DNA of 56,754 bases, filler included, from Dirinaria sp. TL-2023a (GCA_051941275.1; 6 parts of 6 records of this genome joined end to end with filler, not necessarily neighbours in it), one strand, 5' to 3'; positions 11,126-24,173 are shown, counted from the whole stretch's first letter. Numbers and translations are program-made. The notes: generated by a model not told the origin, from the letters alone.

Positions 11126-11974
11126 AGTAGCGAGCGGTATCAAATGGAGGAGGCTTAAACGAGCGGATGTGGTAGTCGTAGACACTTTTTAAGTGCCTGA
11201 AGTGCGAAGTTCGAATTCTTGATCCAAGAGAGACGTCATGGACGGCTCAGTGGGCCAATGGATCGGAACGTTTTCCGGCTAGAGTGGATTGCTGTCTTCA
11301 ACGAGGTGACGTGCTGCAATACTTGGACTGGATGGATTGAATCGAGGTGGTTGCAAAAATGATGCCACACGCAATCGTGTCATCAATGTTGGACATGAGG
11401 GGTGGAGAGTGGGAGAGTGGGAGAGTGGATAGCGAGGATGGATTATTATTGTAAGTCAGATCAAGTAGGTAGGTAGAGTGAAGTAAGGCAGAGAGAAGCA
11501 AGTCGATCATCCGGCTTGGCTGGTCTGGTGGCTTTGCCCACTTGCACACCTACAGCAAGTACCTTACATGGATGATAACCAAGGTCCTAAGCTAAAGTAA
11601 CTACTGGTTCTGACGCCCCGACCGATAATATGCTTTTTGCATGGGCGTGGACTACCTGGAATTTACGGTCTTCGTACCTTAGTCATCGACTTGGTCAGGA
11701 GAAAAGCGCTACGAAAGACGTCTACAATCCTGTACTGTCAATACGATGGCCATTCAGCATGATTGTGGACTTCTTAAGGGAGGCTCCCTTAAACATGTTT
11801 AATTAGAAGTTTGGAGCTGGTGGGATGGTCTATTGCAGCGATTGCATCGGTGGAACGCGCAAAAGCTCTGGTCCAAGGGCACTCACTCACTTGGTAGGAC
11901 GAAGCGCGAGATGACGCCGGAAACCCTTGCTGACCCCGTGGTACAACCACCTACATGTAACAACTCAGACCCCA

Positions 11975-13590
11975 TCAGCTGAGCCAAGATGTATACAACC
12001 CTACATCCTCAAGATGGGCCCCTTGCATCTCTTGTTTCACCCCCAGAAGCCGCACTCGGCCTATAGTATCTCCCTCGCCAGATGCCGCGTCGACTGGGTA
12101 ACTATCGAGAAACTGCCCAACATTCTGCACCACCTCTTCCTCATCTTTGACCAGCAGTGCAATGGCATCGTACCCGCCAGCGCCGGGGACCATACCTCCA
12201 ACGACACCAGGAAGCCTGGAGCAGGCATCCAATAGATCTGTCTGCACTTTCGGCTCGATTGGGACCCCGGCTTTCGTCGACATTTCCCGGATCAGAGATC
12301 GAATGGTCAAGATGACCGTTCGGAGGTTTTCGTAATCGCTGTCCGCAGTTGCACGTGCAAGCGCCAGTCCTTGGAGCTCCTGAGCAAGGTCTTCATTCGC
12401 CTTTTGCAAAGTCCCCCAAAGTAACGCTGCCTCATCACCATTCTCCTTCCTCCACCCGAGTACTCTCTTCACCATCCCAACCGTCTCAGACCCACAGTCA
12501 ACATCGCACATCACCAACCTCAGTCCCCTGGGAACAATGGCCAAGGATTTCTCGACCTCTGTGTCCCATTTCTGGCCATCAATGGTATCTTCCACCACGG
12601 CCCTAAGTCGGCTCGAAAAGCCTTTCATGCCTATTTCTCCCAGCTTTTCTAGGATTAATGGTGAGAAGCGGCGATACACCGAGGACCCGTAGACAGCCGC
12701 TGCCACGTCGAAACCTGATCCAACTTTGCCTTGGGCAGCACAATGCGCGGCTTGAGCCAGATTGTGCAAACGAGCACTTCCCACATCGCCGGCTACTAAG
12801 TCACCTGCTTTGGGAAGGTAATGCGCGAGCACAGCGGCCGTGAATGCTGTGACCAGCGCGGCAGAGGATCCCAAGCCAGTCTTATGTGCCTGGCTCAGGG
12901 GTAGGTTGAAATCAACAAAGCGCGCTGATGCTGAGTTGGCGGCTCCTCTAGGGGCACCGCCATGAGAATAGTAATCTGCGTCAGCAAAGATCGTAATTAC
13001 AGCTGGTTGGAACTTGGCGTGTGTGACAGCCGACACGTAGGTCAATGCGTAGGCGAGAGCTGTCTCCACGAACTTGTTACGAGCCTGGGTGGCCGTTGAG
13101 TGTCTGTTGGCGTAAGTAGTGATCAGTGGGCCAAGTAACTTCTATGACACGGAAGGGTGCAGAGTGCTCTGATCTGCTTCGCATACTGTATATCTTTGGT
13201 AATCAACCGTGGCAAAGAGAAATATCACCCATGACACGAAAGCGACCTGCAAGAATCACGCCACAACCTCTCATGAACGCTGAAGGAGCTCGACCTCACA
13301 GGGACACCGGCAACTGAGGGGGTCTGTACTCACCCCTTCAACTGAGTCACTGCAATACCCCCGTCATCTTCGCTCTCCGTGTAGCCATATCTCCATTCGG
13401 CTTCTCGAAATTGAGGGGAGCGAACAATGATCTCGGACAGGGACACTCCTGGTGAAGTGGGCAAGGCCGTAACGTGTACATGAATGCGTGCATCGAGGCC
13501 GAACACGAGACCTGTATGGTCTCTGTCCAGGACCAGATAGCCCCCGGCCAGTAAGACCTTTCCAGGTGCTGAAGCAGCAACCGAAGTCAT
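11975..13590 (-). CDS. ERG8: Phosphomevalonate kinase; exons 13590-13334 and 13103-11975
   Basis: SAPGKVLLAGGYLVLD, KTGLGSSAAL (GHMP ATP loop), HCAAQGKVGSGFDVAAAVYG and VPGAGGYDA motifs; a GTGAGT...CAG intron joins the exons in frame. Confidence 0.96.
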
Positions 13591-14676
13591 TTTCGCAGCG
13601 TCCCTCCACCTTTCATCCTTACCTTGAGAAGGCAAGTATTTTCTCGTCTTACTAGTCGCTTATTCAGGAGCGAAGGCTACGGTACTGCCAGTTGCCCTGC
13701 ATCAACCACCTCTGCAGCGTACAAAGCCACGATCGAGGACGGTCTACCTTACAGTGCCTTACAGTGAGTGGTACAGAGGTTCACGCATCCATCAACCGAT
13801 GCACCACAACTCAAGCCAATTGACAAGCCCTTAAGCTACATGTACCTTACTTGTAGAAATGTATTTTGTACTGTAAGTTCGAAGCCGCGAAGCCTCGGCA
13901 TCATTGGAGGCGGCAGGAAGTTCTCCCGGCACTAGAGTACTTTAGTATCAGTGATGGCCAAGGCGAACGAAAACAGGCCGGGTACGGAACGACTAACGCG
14001 AGGCCAAAATAAGTCGGAGGCGAAAATTAGCCGGGACAGTAAGAGCTTGAGGCCGTGATACCAACATGAACCTACGGGAATACACGGCCACGGCCACCAC
14101 TCGAGCCAGTCTGGCTGAATAATATATGAACATCTCGCCTGTGCTGGCCAATTGACATCGACTCTTGCCCCGAGGATTGAGGCATTTCCACTCGTTCATA
14201 GCCAAGACTTCCTCCGGTACCTTACTCGTGCCTTGCCCTGTTCAGCCATAGATATTCAGGCAGTCACCAAACGCAGTCATCAGTCATCACCTCACTCTTC
14301 CCCCCTAAGCTTCCCATCTTTCTGCCCACCACAGCTCGACAATTTCAAGCACACCTTACAGTAGCTGTAGCGACGTCGACTTGAGTCTGCAAGACAAGTT
14401 CAATCACCATACGCATCGCCCGTGCATCTCAGACGTGCGACATCGGCCATCGAGCTCCATCCAAATCTCTATAATTCCCTTCACTGCGCGTTCTTTGACG
14501 GCTACAGGGTCGTCAAATGAACCTGCATTTAATCTTGGTCCTATTTCTGCAGTATGTGCGTTCCAACAGCACGGCTCTACCGCCGGAGTACCCTTACCGT
14601 TTGCGAGATTGAGTGGAATATCTAACAGTGTCAACAGCATCGAAGCTCCGACTTGAAGGGCTGACCCTACCGCTAA

Positions 14677-17600
14677 ATGGTGCTGAACAAATTCGCTTTC
14701 CTCACGCGTCAAGGTCTTGGAAAGACACTTACCCACGTTCCTCAAACTTTCGTCGCCGGCACCCAATCCTCCTACGCCTCCTCCAGTAGTCCGTTTGCCC
14801 CCCTAGGTAATCACGGCACTGGCAAATTTGGAAAAGCCGGTAGCGCACACCTTCACACATCCTTCCAGGGCCCTCCAAGTCCCGCTGTTGTTTATGGCAA
14901 GGCTGCCTCGGGGAGTGGCAATGGAGAGAAGAGTGACAGCGGTTTAGCCGCCTACTACGATGCTTGGCAGAAGCAGCACCAGCCCGGTGCAGAAGAGAAG
15001 GAATGGAAGCAATTTCAATTTACGAAGCGCATTGGATGGAAGACTCCCACTGCCGCAGTGCTTGCTGGTCGGGCCAAAGAGAGGGAGGAACTTGGTCTTC
15101 GGTCCGAGGCCAGATTGAATCATGGGTCTCTGAACCGAGCATATAGTGCCAGCGCCGTTGATGATATCAAGAAGTCGGATGACGCTAAGGCCGAGGTGGA
15201 GGCGCTCGCCAAAGTCGATGAAGCCATTGCAGAGGAAATAAGTCAATTCACCAATCCGGCGAGCACCGACAATCATGTCAAGACATTCCTTACATCACCG
15301 GAATCAGTACTCCCATCCACACCGAAGGTTCGCTCGGCCAGTCCCCATTCGGTACAGTCTCGTAGTACAGGCGAGCTGTCGACGGTGTCCTGGCTCCTCA
15401 GCAATGAAACCGCTACTACCCCAGATCACTCTGTTGATGATGCAGCTTCCTTCGGCGAGCATATTCGGAAACTCAGCGATGCTAAGCGATATGCGGAAAT
15501 CCCTCCAGTCTTTGAGTCGATGCTTACCAAAGGGTTACGTCCAACGATTCAAGCATACAACGGACTGCTGTCAGCTGTTGTTCATCTTCCGATCGCCAAG
15601 CATCAAGTGGTCCCAAAAGCTCTTGATGTCTACACTGACATGCTTCGGCGGGGAGTGGTCCCGGATACGGTATTCTATACGGCTTTGATCCAGCTACTGT
15701 CTCATCACGCTCTGGATGTGGCTGATACCAAGCAAGAAATGGAGAAGCGCAGGATGCGTTTCAATGGTCTAGCAGAGAAAGGTCGGTTCTTGTTTGAATC
15801 AAAAGAAACCGAGTACGATATGCTCTTGGAGGACGATTCGCTTGCGAATGCTGTCAAGATTTTCGAGTCATCCCTCTTAAAGAAGCAGGACCGCCTCTAT
15901 TCCTCTGAAACGTACCGTCTGCTAGTAACTGCTTGCGCTCAATATGGTAAAGTTGACGAGATGATTCGGGTGTACTCACACATGGAGGTGCATAAGGTAG
16001 TACCCATAGCTTCTATGTTTCCTTCCATGATTGAGGCTTTTGGCATTTCTGGAGATCTCGCTAGCGTTGTTGAATGTTACAATGAGTATAAAGCACTGGC
16101 TATCTCAGATGACAATGGCAAGCTAGTCGTTCTGGGCCGTAAAGACAACGAAGTTTACACGGCCGTCATCAAAGCCTATGCTAGTTGTGATAAACTTGAA
16201 GCTGGCAAGAGATTCTATGACAGGATACTTGGTTCCTATGATTTAGCAGCAGCAGAAAAACGGGGGGAACTTCTGAGCGCTACACGAGATTCTGTACTAG
16301 TCCATGCTTTTGTTCAACAGCGTGTCGACTCTCGTGATTTCGTGCAAGCTTTAAAGATTGCAGAAGACCAAGACTTGAGCTCCTCAGCACGCAACAAAGC
16401 TTTAGCTACGGTCACCATTGCAGCTGCAGACACCATTACAGCAACAGCAACAGACAGTGATACTGTTGACATTTCCACAACCGCTTACCGCAAGATGGAT
16501 CCGGCATATCACGCAATGAAGGATGTCCATCTGTCAATGCTTGCTAAATATATCCGCGACCAAGATGTTTACAATGCCAAAATGACCTGGTTTCTGTTAC
16601 TTCAAGATCCTAAGCTGGATGAGACATTCATTGAATACACAGCTCTATACTCGATGTTTATGCTTCGCATGGGTGAGATAGCTGAAGGTCTCATACAAGC
16701 GAAAGAGGTGTTCACACGCATTCGCCGTTCAGCTGGCAAGCACCTCAGAGTTTTGGAAGCTATCGACGAAGCCATTGAAAGGATTGCTCATTCTATCTAT
16801 CATTTTGATAGGGTCCAGGCCATGGTTGGAGATCCTAGCACTGAATCGAGCACTAGCATCTACTTACGATCAACTTCTACCTCGGCAGCCTCCGCAAGAG
16901 TCGCTTTTATTAGGGCAATGAAGGAGAATCGTGGCCTTGTCTCGCCAGCCGCCGAGCAAACAATAGCTTACCTTGGTGCCGAAGAGATCGCAAGGCTTAG
17001 TTGGCAAGATCTTAAATTTCTTCTACAGATCCAGGCCGAGATCCTCCCTCGTGGTCATCCAGCGTATTCGAGTTTTCATCCCGAGCGGTTTCGTAGCATT
17101 GTCGCAACCATGGCCAATAGCAGAACACCTGTCGATCAGCATACATCTGATCTAGTGGACTATGTGATAGCGCAAGTCGGACATCATCACCCTAGTATTG
17201 AGGCTCAGTGGCGAGACTTCCAACGCTCCGTCCACGTGCTGGACCCATACGCGGAGACAACCGATTTTCCAGGATCAACTATGATCGCCAGCGAGCTCGA
17301 CGATCACCGTTATGGTACCGCTGCTGCGCTCGGCCAAGCTCTATCCCAACTCAGTAACATGCGCGATACTGGTCGACACCCAAGCTACATCGTCTACTCG
17401 AAAATCATCACCGCTGCAGCAAAGGAAGGCCGGGAGGAGCTAGTCCATCAGCTTCTGGGGTTCGCTGAAAAAGATACGCCTTTCTTACCTTACAACCAGC
17501 CTGTACGTGATGGCTGGTCTTTTATATACGATGCAATGGTGGGAGCGTGCCTCACATTTGGGAACCGCACCCTAGCAGGCCAATATCACGAGAAGCTTCG

Positions 17601-18624
17601 GAGCATGGGCGCTAGTCCGACAGCCAACACCTATGGACTCTACATAACCACCATGAAGGGATCCACCAACGACGAAGCCAGCGACGCTCTCAAGATATTC
17701 AAGCAGGCGCAGAACGAGGGAGTTGAGCCAACTTCATTCCTCTACAATGCGCTCATTGGCAAGTTAGCAAAAGCGCGGCGCATCAATGACTGCCTATACC
17801 ACTTCTCAGAGATGCGCAGCCTCGGAATCCGCCCCACAAGTGTGACATACGGCACGATTGTGAACGCCCTCTGCCGTGTCAGCGATTGGCGTCAAGCAGA
17901 AGAGTTTTTCGAAGAGATGGAGTCAATGCCGAACTACAAGCCGAAGGCCGCTCCTTACAATTGCTTGATGCAATTCTTCCTGGAGACCAAGCGCGACAGC
18001 CAGAAAGTGCTCGCCTACTATGAGCGTATGCAGTCAACCAACATCCAGCCGACAATGCACACATACAAGCTCCTCATCCAGACCTACGCTACGCTCGAAC
18101 CAATCAATCTTTCGGCAGCGGAGGGAGTTTTGGAGACCATCCGTGCTTCTGGCCAGAAGCCTGAGGCGAACCATTACGCCTCTCTCATCAAAGCCAAGGG
18201 CTGCGCTCTTCATGACATGGCAGGCGCGCGCCGAATCTTCGACGACGTCTTGGCCAAATGCGAAGTCCGCCCAGAAGCCTGCCTCTACCAGGCCCTGTTC
18301 GAGTCCATGGTCGCCAACCACAACGTCTCCGGGACCGAACCGGTCCTCCAAGGCATGGCCAGCAACCGGATCCCGATGACTCCCTACATCGCCAACACAC
18401 TGATCCGGGGCTGGGCCACGCAAGGAGACATCTCGAAGGCCCACTCGATCTACGATCGCGTGGGCCGAGAAGGGAGAGAGCCGACCACCTACGAAGCCAT
18501 GACGAGGGCGTTCTTGAGTGCCGGCCTCCGCAGCAGGGCGATGGATGTTTTCCAAGAGATGATGAGCAAGAACTATCCACCCGCCGTCTCCGCGAAGTCG
18601 GCCGAGCTCCTGGGACTGAAGTGA
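14677..18624 (+). CDS. Pentatricopeptide-repeat protein, 1315 aa, probably a mitochondrial RNA-binding factor
   Basis: Multiple 35-aa PPR motifs (PTIQAYNGLL, PDTVFYTALI, PTSFLYNALIGKLAK, PTSVTYGTIVNALCR, PTMHTYKLLI); basic, acid-poor N-terminus like a mitochondrial presequence. Confidence 0.93.
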   Translation: MVLNKFAFLTRQGLGKTLTHVPQTFVAGTQSSYASSSSPFAPLGNHGTGKFGKAGSAHLHTSFQGPPSPAVVYGKAASGSGNGEKSDSGLAAYYDAWQKQHQPGAEEKEWKQFQFTKRIGWKTPTAAVLAGRAKEREELGLRSEARLNHGSLNRAYSASAVDDIKKSDDAKAEVEALAKVDEAIAEEISQFTNPASTDNHVKTFLTSPESVLPSTPKVRSASPHSVQSRSTGELSTVSWLLSNETATTPDHSVDDAASFGEHIRKLSDAKRYAEIPPVFESMLTKGLRPTIQAYNGLLSAVVHLPIAKHQVVPKALDVYTDMLRRGVVPDTVFYTALIQLLSHHALDVADTKQEMEKRRMRFNGLAEKGRFLFESKETEYDMLLEDDSLANAVKIFESSLLKKQDRLYSSETYRLLVTACAQYGKVDEMIRVYSHMEVHKVVPIASMFPSMIEAFGISGDLASVVECYNEYKALAISDDNGKLVVLGRKDNEVYTAVIKAYASCDKLEAGKRFYDRILGSYDLAAAEKRGELLSATRDSVLVHAFVQQRVDSRDFVQALKIAEDQDLSSSARNKALATVTIAAADTITATATDSDTVDISTTAYRKMDPAYHAMKDVHLSMLAKYIRDQDVYNAKMTWFLLLQDPKLDETFIEYTALYSMFMLRMGEIAEGLIQAKEVFTRIRRSAGKHLRVLEAIDEAIERIAHSIYHFDRVQAMVGDPSTESSTSIYLRSTSTSAASARVAFIRAMKENRGLVSPAAEQTIAYLGAEEIARLSWQDLKFLLQIQAEILPRGHPAYSSFHPERFRSIVATMANSRTPVDQHTSDLVDYVIAQVGHHHPSIEAQWRDFQRSVHVLDPYAETTDFPGSTMIASELDDHRYGTAAALGQALSQLSNMRDTGRHPSYIVYSKIITAAAKEGREELVHQLLGFAEKDTPFLPYNQPVRDGWSFIYDAMVGACLTFGNRTLAGQYHEKLRSMGASPTANTYGLYITTMKGSTNDEASDALKIFKQAQNEGVEPTSFLYNALIGKLAKARRINDCLYHFSEMRSLGIRPTSVTYGTIVNALCRVSDWRQAEEFFEEMESMPNYKPKAAPYNCLMQFFLETKRDSQKVLAYYERMQSTNIQPTMHTYKLLIQTYATLEPINLSAAEGVLETIRASGQKPEANHYASLIKAKGCALHDMAGARRIFDDVLAKCEVRPEACLYQALFESMVANHNVSGTEPVLQGMASNRIPMTPYIANTLIRGWATQGDISKAHSIYDRVGREGREPTTYEAMTRAFLSAGLRSRAMDVFQEMMSKNYPPAVSAKSAELLGLK

Positions 18625-18878
18625 GTGGTTGAATACTTTGCAGGCGCGGCTGTTTCCCTGTTCATGTGTTTTTTTTTTTTTTTTTTTTTTTCTTTCTCTT
18701 TCCCTTCCGGAATGATGAGTTAGTGAAGGTTTAGACACAGGATAGAATGGGGGGAAATATACATGAAACATTCCTTTGGAAGTTTGGGAGGAAGGGAAAT
18801 AATTATAAGAGTAAGGAAGGGGAAAGGGGGTGTAGAGGCAGAGTTTATGCAGAATTTTAATGAGAGGGTGAAAGAGGG

Positions 18879-18978
18879 NNNNNNNNNNNNNNNNNNNNNN
18901 NNNNNNNNNNNNNNNNNNNNNNTTAATTAATTAANNNNNNNNNNNNNNNNNNNNNNNNNNNNNNNNNNNNNNNNNNNN
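18879..18978. other. Artificial contig spacer
   Basis: N44-TTAATTAATTAA-N44. Confidence 0.99.
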
Positions 18979-19087
18979 AAAGGTGTATTCTAGAGCGGTG
19001 GTCAGTACTGCAACCATCACGTGGGTAGTCAGTCTGGCATTATATATAGGTCTCGCATGGGCCCTTAAATGGGTGTCAAATCGAGTA

Positions 19088-19126
<39 letters not shown>

Positions 19127-20430
19127 CGTTTTAACAAAGATCCAGCGCACTCATTCTCATGTGAAATATAGAAGCCCGAAAATTAGTGATTACGAGCAAA
19201 TATTAATATACCAATTCTTCGCCGACCACTCAACAAGCTCTCAAATGCGCTAGACTTCTCCCCCACTTCCAATCATGAAGATACCACTGAAATGAGAAAT
19301 TAGCGAATAGCTACTTCTCAAACCCCGACCTATGAACAACCACCGAAGCTTCTCCAGACTCTCAGAGATCCCTGCTTCATCCTTATTCCCTACTTCTGTT
19401 TATGAGGCAAGAGATTCAGGTTCACGCAACATTTCCCCTCGAGCGAGCTATCACCACTGAGCTGAGGTATTGCTCAGAATAAGAAGCCAGCTCTTTTCCA
19501 TACTGTGGCTTATGGTGCTCTCGAAGCGTACGTAAAGCGCTACATAATATGCCCAGTGCTTACTTTCAATTGTTTAGACTATAACACCGAATTGCTCCTC
19601 ATGTATATGATACATCAATTTCTCTTACTCCCAAGGCTCAATTATTCAAGAATATGTTGCACATGCTAGAAATTGACAGGAAAATTGCTTCGGGTCCTGC
19701 CCAGCCAGTCATTATATTTCAAAAACAAGCATCGAGAGCACTTCTTCTGCTCTCTATAGTATCTGCGTTTATAAACCATCGAACCCCATGGGATATTTGT
19801 GACCAAGTAATGAATAGACGAAGTGCAGGTATTTACCTGCTCTTTCAGAAAGCGATTAGATGAGATGATAGTCATGAATATTTTCTTATAATGCAAGCCT
19901 TATCTCGTCAACACCAATAAAAGAGAGAAACCCTCATTGACCAAGCAAATATCCATAGTAGTAAAACCACATGCTTCTGGTATCTAGTGCTGAAGACATG
20001 CCACATCCTGGGTTCAACCCTATGAGATAGGATTGGATGCTTGGGGAAGAGAAGGCATGTATTGAGATAAAGCTTAAATAAATCGGTACTTACATGTAGA
20101 TTCTGAATTGTATTAGGTGTACTGATCTGTTGGACTCGATTGTCGTTGCTACTGACTGGTAATTCGTGGCCTGCTGGATCATTACCTAGTATGTATTAAC
20201 ATCTATATAATGATTGTGTAAGTGCATCTAGTCTTAGCTTCAAAACCTCTTTTGAGCCTATACGTGCTACAGCTATTAATGGCAACCCCATTACTAGGTC
20301 AGAATGACGCACGAGGGCGGTCGGAAGGGTATCAAAAAGACAACACAACCCTTTCCCCGACCAAAGTCAGGGCGAGCACCGCATATTCCCAACCGATGAC
20401 GCCATATGCTTAATGATGCAGATTCATTGA

Positions 20431-22325
20431 TTACTGCTGGTTTCCAGCCTGATACTCCCATTGCTTCCTCCATTCGGTTGCTCGATCCTCAGGGTGTGTC
20501 ATCTCACGGTGACAGTCTCGTACATGGGACCGGAAGGCGTCAAGGTGCAAGAAGCTTTGCGTCCTGCAGTTGGGAGCTCGGCAGGTATATGTGCATCCAG
20601 TGGCATACCGTTCCCATTGCGGGGTATCCATCCTTTCTCTCCTGCACTCCACAAGTTTTTTGGCGCAGTTCTGAAGGTCTTCAAAATTTCCGTTTGCTAG
20701 CCATCTATTAAAAGCATTTTCGATCTTTTTGATCGTCTTTGAACCCGCATCTTTCTCGGGGATGAAGAAACTGCGCTTGGGCTTCCATTCATCTAGAGGA
20801 ATATCTAAACCATCGGAATCGTTCAGTCGGTAGTAATGGAAAATGTTGCCTTCGGTGCTTTCTTCTGTCATGTCATTGTGTATCACTTCCGGATCAGTGG
20901 TTTTGTGGGCCAGATGATAGGCAGCGTCTCGAAGGCTGAAGATTTTGCATTTTTTTATATCGCTTCTGGTGCTTCTCGCCGTGCCAACGCTGACCACAAT
21001 GTTTACTTTATTATGTTCATTCAGACTTCTGATCTCGCGAATGCCCTCTTTGGTTGGATTGTTCAGCAAGCTGAACCCACCGTCTGTGAAACGGACATAT
21101 TTGCCCGATTGCCGGGTCTTCCTTTCAAAGGGCTCGAAGTAGAATTTAGCTGCAGTAGCGGCTCGCGCAACCTCCATCACTTCGAACTGGTGGGCTTTCC
21201 CATAATTGACCCTTGGATGTCCATGTCCACCAACTTGAAGCGTGGCAGATCTGTTCGTGATCGAATGATTTGGATGCGAGCCTCGAGGACGTGGTTGGTC
21301 CGCTGTCAGAATTGGAGTAGATGGCTGTTCGTGATCGTAAGTACGGAGTAAATAAGGTTTTCCGACAGATTTCTCTGTATCCTTCAATGTAGTAACAACA
21401 CTAGACCATAGTTAGCGTCATTTACTATGACAGATTCCAGCGCATCAGAACAAAACGGGCACTCCTGAAGTAAGATTACATCATTCAATCGCAAAGACGT
21501 GCTTGATAAGTAAGTCATGGACGGTACTAGATTATACCTGAAAGTAGGGAACTCACACTTTGCATAAGCCTGGTGGCATTGGAAAGTCAATTCTTTGATG
21601 ATCCTCCATCTCCTCGCAGCGTCTCTCAGCTACGTCCTGAAGAACTTTCTCAAGCCTGGCCGTACTATACTTCTTCCTATCCCCAAGTTTGAAGCGAAGA
21701 GCGTGCACAACACGTGGCTTCCCAAAAACTTCTTCTCCAAGCCGTCTATACTCGTGTAGGCAGTCTGGCACAGGCATCCGAAATCGTCCCAGCATGATAG
21801 CAATAAGGCTTATCTCAATTAGCCTGAGCAGGGATAAGATGATGGAAGGAAGACCTACGCTCCAGTACTAGAGCCGCACATGAGGTCAAAATAATGACAG
21901 GGTAGGTATTTGATTGCGTTATCGATGACAGCACCATCGACGCCTCTTCGCTGCTCGTGCGTACTTAAATGCGAAACGTTCTTGGGGTAGCTCTGTGGTG
22001 CGAAGCTATGGTGATCCGCGGTGGCTTTATCTAGGCTTTGCTCTTCAGTAGCAATGCACTGGAATAGCTTCCTCAGGACTAGCAGGGACCAGTAGCCTCG
22101 AATGCCGCCACCGTCTGGTTGATGGGTTGTTAGCGTAGCTCGAGAGATCCGTGGCCAGTTTTATGTACCTAAGCTGAGGAGGTTGCACTTGTCCCAAGCA
22201 TTGCTTTGAGTAAAATTCGGCTCGTTTAGGACGTTAGGTCCACTATGGTTCTTTTGCGTTGGTAGTTCCGGGATAGGATCTTGTACTTCCAGCATTTGCG
22301 CATCATTACTGGCTTGGTAGCTCAT
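20431..22325 (-). CDS. Patatin-like phospholipase (iPLA2/PNPLA type), 4 exons, with C-terminal C2H2-like zinc finger
   Basis: Spliced reading gives LLSL|DGGGIRG (oxyanion loop, intron 22168-22115), PCHYFDLMCGSSTG (GxSxG nucleophile), LIAIMLGR, EVARAATAA and FTDGG (catalytic Asp). Tail CRAPNCRTQSFLHLDAFRSHVRDCH. Confidence 0.9.
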
Positions 22326-23271
22326 GAGGGTAAGTATTGCATGGCCTATACATGTCGAGCAGGCAAAGTACTATATCTCATCGGGCTAAGAAGTATTTAC
22401 CGACAAGGCCTGCAAGCAGAGCCGCAGAAGAGACACCTAGTGTTGGGCTGGTCTGCACCACTGGGTAGGAATCCTGAAGTTGCTAAGGCAGTGGCAGTGT
22501 GCCAGACGGTGGCTTTGTTGGGGAAAACCATTATGATTTTTGGAGACTGGAGAGGCAGACCTCTTACGAGTCGCCGCAGTGCAGCCCCAGAATAGGAATG
22601 TGCTGGTTTTTTCCAAGTACAGCAATAATCTTCAAGCTGCAGAGCCTTGACCGGTGAAGAGAGAACACGAGCGGTTGCATGTGTGTAACTGCTGTAAGTG
22701 AGAGGTTTGCCTGGCATGCTATGAAGCCTATCGCTGCCTCGAGCACTCCCGAGTCGGAAGTTTACTAGATTCTTCAACTGGCTTCACAGAACCTGCTAAA
22801 CAGTTTAGAGCAGCTCAGATGCAGAACATTCATGTTGGATCCTGCCTGCATATCTACGCTCGATGCAAGATTTCTGGAAAATTTTGATTGGTTAAGGTTA
22901 CGTGGTGTACCGTGTACGCTAGCAGGTAATTTTCGCTTCGCAACCCGAGTTTTGTTTTCGCTTCGTGTAAGACCTAACGCAAGTAAGCCGTGGCGGCGGC
23001 GGGCTCTCAGGTGATGTAGCACGGCTTTTTACTTGACCCAATCACGCCGTTGCTGTGCAAGGCTCATGCTGCATACGTAGCGCCCAATGAAACCTAGAGT
23101 ACCAGAACTTCTCCCTCGTGAAAGGACGGGTCAGCAGGTCCAGGCATACATAAGTATGAGCATGATTCCAGATGCGCTGGGCCTCTGGTAAGCATAGGAT
23201 GCTCCTTTCCCACCTCTAAATACATTAGAAGTTAAGGAACTCCTTGTCTGTCTTCATTCTCGCTTAAAAAG

Positions 23272-23782
23272 ATGAATCATGCCGATGCAACTCTTCCAAG
23301 GGACGCTGCATTCGAAAGCAACGCGGGGACTTTGAGCAACAGACTTGCTTCCCAGAAAGCTCAAAAACACGAGTCCCATACCAAGACACGCACAGGACGA
23401 TCGAGAAAGGTCCTAGTCTACGACTGCGCCAAAGAGACCATGGGTGTCGAGAGTGAAGAAAACATTCATAACAGTAAGGGTTTGCCGACGAATAAAGGGC
23501 GCGCTGACACATGTCCCATGACTAGAATTCAAAGAGCACTCGACAATGCAGCTTCCGCGAGGTAGTGAAGTCACCGTTTTTGTGGATTCAAAATCGAGGC
23601 CCACGACGGAGAACACCGCTCCAAGCGGTCACAGCAACGATATGCTGATCCAACTTCACCTCAATCGCCTTCGACCGTGGCCCAAGGTTCTTCGTTTCCT
23701 AGGACGTCTCGATAAGTTATACGTTCTGAACGCAGGGCCACTTAGTGACGATGGTTCGTCTCTGGATCAGAGGCAGCGATAA
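23272..23782 (+). CDS. Small hypothetical protein A, 152 aa; exons 23272-23473 and 23526-23782
   Basis: A 52-nt GTAAGG...GCTGAC...TAG intron joins two listed ORFs in frame; the product aligns with the paralogue at 27507-27993. Confidence 0.8.
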
Positions 23783-24148
23783 TGGACACGCATTTTAATG
23801 TTCCTAAGTGCACCAACGACGGGTTGATACTGGAATTTCTAGGACATATACCAAGTATACAACCGGTTCTAGCGTAGTTGCGCTCAAGAGTAGACGGGAG
23901 AGTTGAAGTCCGCTATTTGAATACATGCTACTTGTTTATCTTTGGCGGTTATGCAAGCTCTTGTAGACTGTACACCGTCTTCGGTGGTAGATCTACAGAT
24001 GTGCTAGGTCAATTGGAAAATTTCATAGTCTTCGGCGGCATGAGAACAGCTCGACCACGGAATCTTCAGGAATAATCTGAACCTCCACTTGGCGACTTAG
24101 CTCAGCATTTGGCGTATCTTCGATCACTTGGCGTTCGTATCAAGAATC

Positions 24149-24173
24149 AAGGTAAGGTAAGGTAAGGTAAGGT
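24149..24173. repeat. (AAGGT)5 microsatellite
   Basis: Direct reading of the sequence. Confidence 0.8.

Noticed and set aside
11975..18624. ERG8 and PPR divergent arrangement as a functional module
   Set aside because: Two ordinary housekeeping genes with unrelated functions; divergent orientation is common in compact fungal genomes.
18020..18771. Antisense and alternate-frame ORFs over the PPR 3' end (likewise over AVT3, ERG8 and the AAA gene)
   Set aside because: Shadow ORFs caused by high-GC codon bias in the true gene.
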